Below, piece after piece: positions 61,301-64,000 of a stretch of DNA of 64,000 nt. Position 1 is the stretch's first letter. Each line of letters starts with the position of its first letter. The translations under genes and the position numbers were made by a program. The notes below the pieces were generated by a model. That model saw only the letters and a list, made by a program, of their open reading frames with translations, made no database searches and was not told where the DNA came from. Source of the DNA: Azolla caroliniana (taxonomy: Eukaryota > Plantae > Polypodiophyta); NCBI GenBank assembly GCA_043228905.1, contig JBHGNT010000068.1, forward strand, positions 1 through 64,000, given 5' to 3'.

Positions 61301-63227
61301 CATTACTCCATATGAATTATGAATCCCAGCTTTCTTGCACACTAATGATGTGAGTAAGCCATAGCATAATATGCTTGAGTGGTTGATGGAATCAATGCAC
61401 CTTGAGATTGACTTGTGGTATAGGAATTTGTACTCACATATTTTACTGTGAGTATTTGGATTTCTGATCATATTCCTTTCATCCTCGCTCACTCTTACAC
61501 ACACTAACTTGCATGCAATTTGTTTTTGTCAGTGTAACGATTCCACATAAAGAAGCTGCTCTCCAATTTTGTGATGAAGTTGAACCACTTGCCAAGGTTG
61601 ATTCTTGAGATTTTGCTTGATAAGGAAATGCGTATACCCTCCCCCCCCTCCCCCAACATTATAGGATTTTTCATTATCTTGTTGAGGACTGCAGGCAGTA
61701 GGAGCTGTTAACACAATTATCCGAAGGAAGACTGATGGAAAACTGATTGGCTATAATACTGATTGTGAGGGAGCCATAACTGCTATAGAAGATGGACTAA
61801 AGGGTAAGCCACCTACGTGAATTGAGCAGAGAGTATTCATGATGTTCTTTGTTTGGTGCTTCCAATAAATTAGGGGCACTTCCATGTTCTTAGGATTAGG
61901 GGAGGGGAGCGGTGTTGGCTTGTCACCTCTTTCAGGTCGCTATTTCATCGTCATAGGAGCTGGGGGAGCAGGCAAAGCAATCGCATATGGAGCAAAGCAG
62001 AGAGGTGCTAAAGTTATCATTGCTAATCGAAATTATGGTATGTTGCATGCGTGAATTCAGCCACATCTTACTTATACCATATTGTGCTTAACCGTAGAAA
62101 AAAGGTTTTTTGAAAATCTTGTCTTAGTGGTAATTGATAGAAAATATGCATTGAACAACCTTGTCTTAGTTTGAAGGGTATATACTGGGTGACTTGTAAC
62201 TTGTGGGTTATTTATCAGAATCCTTAAAGTCTTCAAAAATGACCAGAACACCTATCTGTAGTCTAAATTTGATAGATAGTGGTGTTCTGGGAATTTTTGA
62301 TAACTTTGGACTACCCAACAAGAGAGGGTTGTTTTGGTGCTTTATGCTAGTCTTATTTATTAGAAAATGTGCTTTTGGAAAAGTGTAAATGTTCAAAATG
62401 TCATTTAACTGTGCCATAATTTGCAAAACACCATGTCATTTTAAAGAAATTCTCAAAATGCCACACATTTTAGGAATTTGGTGAAGTTCAGTACTTGTGT
62501 GGCTTTTTGATAATAATGCATATATAGGACCACATCATACAAATAGTGATGCCTTTCTCTTACTCCAGCACCCAGCAGATATTTAACATGTTTATTAGTC
62601 TGCCTTTAACCATAAAGCTAAACCATTCAAAATCAGGCTTTTACAAATGTTCTCAGAGTGTGATCTAATAGAAATCATGTTTTCATTTGGAAAGAGAGAG
62701 GAAAAGCTCTTGCTGATGCTGTTGATGGAGAGGCATTGCCATTGGAGGAGCTAAATTCATTCAAGCCAGTGATGACAGGGATGGTTCTAGCTAATACCAC
62801 TTCTGTAGGTATGCATCCAAATGTTGAAGACACCCCCATCTCGAAGGTAAAAAGCTCTGTAGAAACCCACATAATGTTTTTATTTGTTCATATGAATTTT
62901 ATCAGCTCAGTGAAAGGTTTTCTTGTGTAGGGTGCTTTAGGGGCCTATAGTCTAGTATTTGATGCAGTGTACACACCCAGAGTAACTAGATTGTTGAAAG
63001 AAGCAACAGAAGCCGGAGCAACCGTCGTCAGTGGACTTGAGATGTTCATTAGACAAGCTATTAATCAGTTCTCACACTTCACTGATAGCCCTGGTATGTG
63101 TATTGAGTAACCAAATAAAGTAAATACATTTTTTCCAGTCTTTGGTTGAAGTACTAAAGGTTTTTTTTGCATGTTATGAACAGCCCCTGAGCAAGTGATG
63201 AGGGAGATAATGACAAATTGTACTTGA
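58369..63227 (+). CDS. DQD/SDH: Bifunctional 3-dehydroquinate dehydratase/shikimate (or quinate) dehydrogenase, 10 exons
   Basis: Exons 58369-58568, 59241-59346, 59978-60196, 60781-61127, 61533-61596, 61695-61803, 61894-62037, 62695-62846, 62931-63093 and 63184-63227. Motifs: GADIVELRVD, RPQWEGG, SNHNF, ADVIKF, SAPGQ, HSKGP, SVTIPHK, GAVNT, GYNTD, GAGGAG, NRNY, FDAVYTP. Confidence 0.95.
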
Positions 63228-64000
63228 AAGGATAGGTTTGAGAAAAGGAAGACCTTTGTTGTTTCTTTTGACCTAGCTTCCCGATTTTACCTTATGTCAG
63301 AAATAATATTGCTTGATATGTTTGTCACCCCAACGAAAAAGAAGTGATTTCTCAAGCAACAAGGTTAAGGAAATGCTATGTAATTCACTGATTGGTTTAT
63401 GTGCTCGATTGATTTGCAAGCTCGTTTGAGTAACTGTGAGACGGAATTGGATCCTTAAAGTGGATAGTCTGAACATCCTTGGGAAATAAAGATACGGGTC
63501 CTTGAGATCTGTTATTTAAGAATACATTAAAAAAAAAATCTGTCTAATGTGGAACCAAATTTGCAATAAAATAAGACATCTTTACAACTCTCAGTAACCT
63601 TGTTAGTTAAAGATTATAAAGTTTATATCCTCATGGTTCTTATAGGGCCCAAAAGTATGCTTTTCATGGCTTTATCATAAAGTTTACCTTTCAGTTGTTG
63701 AGGAACACAAGCATACAGCCATGCAACCAGAAGTTCAAGGATGTAGCATAGAAAGGCTTCTTACCATAGTAGGCTTCATATGGAATGATGGTTGTCCATC
63801 ATATCGTTGCACATCTATTCAATGCATAAGTTGCATGTACAATTGCTCCCATTCATTACTTTTTAGACAAATCATTAGCTGTAATCATGCATCTAATTGT
63901 CTTCGGTAAAGAATGATCCTTTCAACCACTGAATTTAGAAGTTATATATTACAAGTACTGTTTTTATTTGCCTTCGATATTTGAAGTATTGGAAGTTCAC

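Noticed and set aside
18128-63227. Functional metal/phenolic gene cluster (FRO + SKU5 + DQD/SDH)
   Set aside because: These are unrelated conserved families separated by TE blocks. SKU5 lacks the copper ligands of a ferroxidase, and nothing in the sequence shows co-regulation.

Overview
AT-rich, intron-containing land-plant nuclear DNA. A fern or other seed-free vascular plant is my inference from gene and transposon style and is not proven. Five host genes were reconstructed by hand with GT-AG exon boundaries: a divergent REF/SRPP(LDAP)-like gene (+, 1822-4252), an RBM42-like RRM gene (-, 8971-14560), a ferric reduction oxidase (+, 18128-22047), a SKU5/SKS monocopper-oxidase-like gene (-, 46444-49622) and a bifunctional dehydroquinate dehydratase/shikimate dehydrogenase with a quinate-type Ser-to-Gly change (+, 58369-63227). 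Between FRO and SKU5 lies a ~21.7 kb retrotransposon stack. It holds an L1 3' fragment, an intact and very young Ty1/copia element (24570-29864, TSD ATGTG), an older decayed copia on the minus strand (29873-40924, TSD TGTTG) interrupted by a near-full-length two-ORF LINE (31861-37260), and two more 5'-truncated LINEs joined at (CT)n tracts. The most notable signal is an RTEX-like LINE family that is repeatedly associated with (TC)n microsatellites and shares a covarying 3' stem-loop. About 15000-17200 and 51300-57500 could not be resolved.
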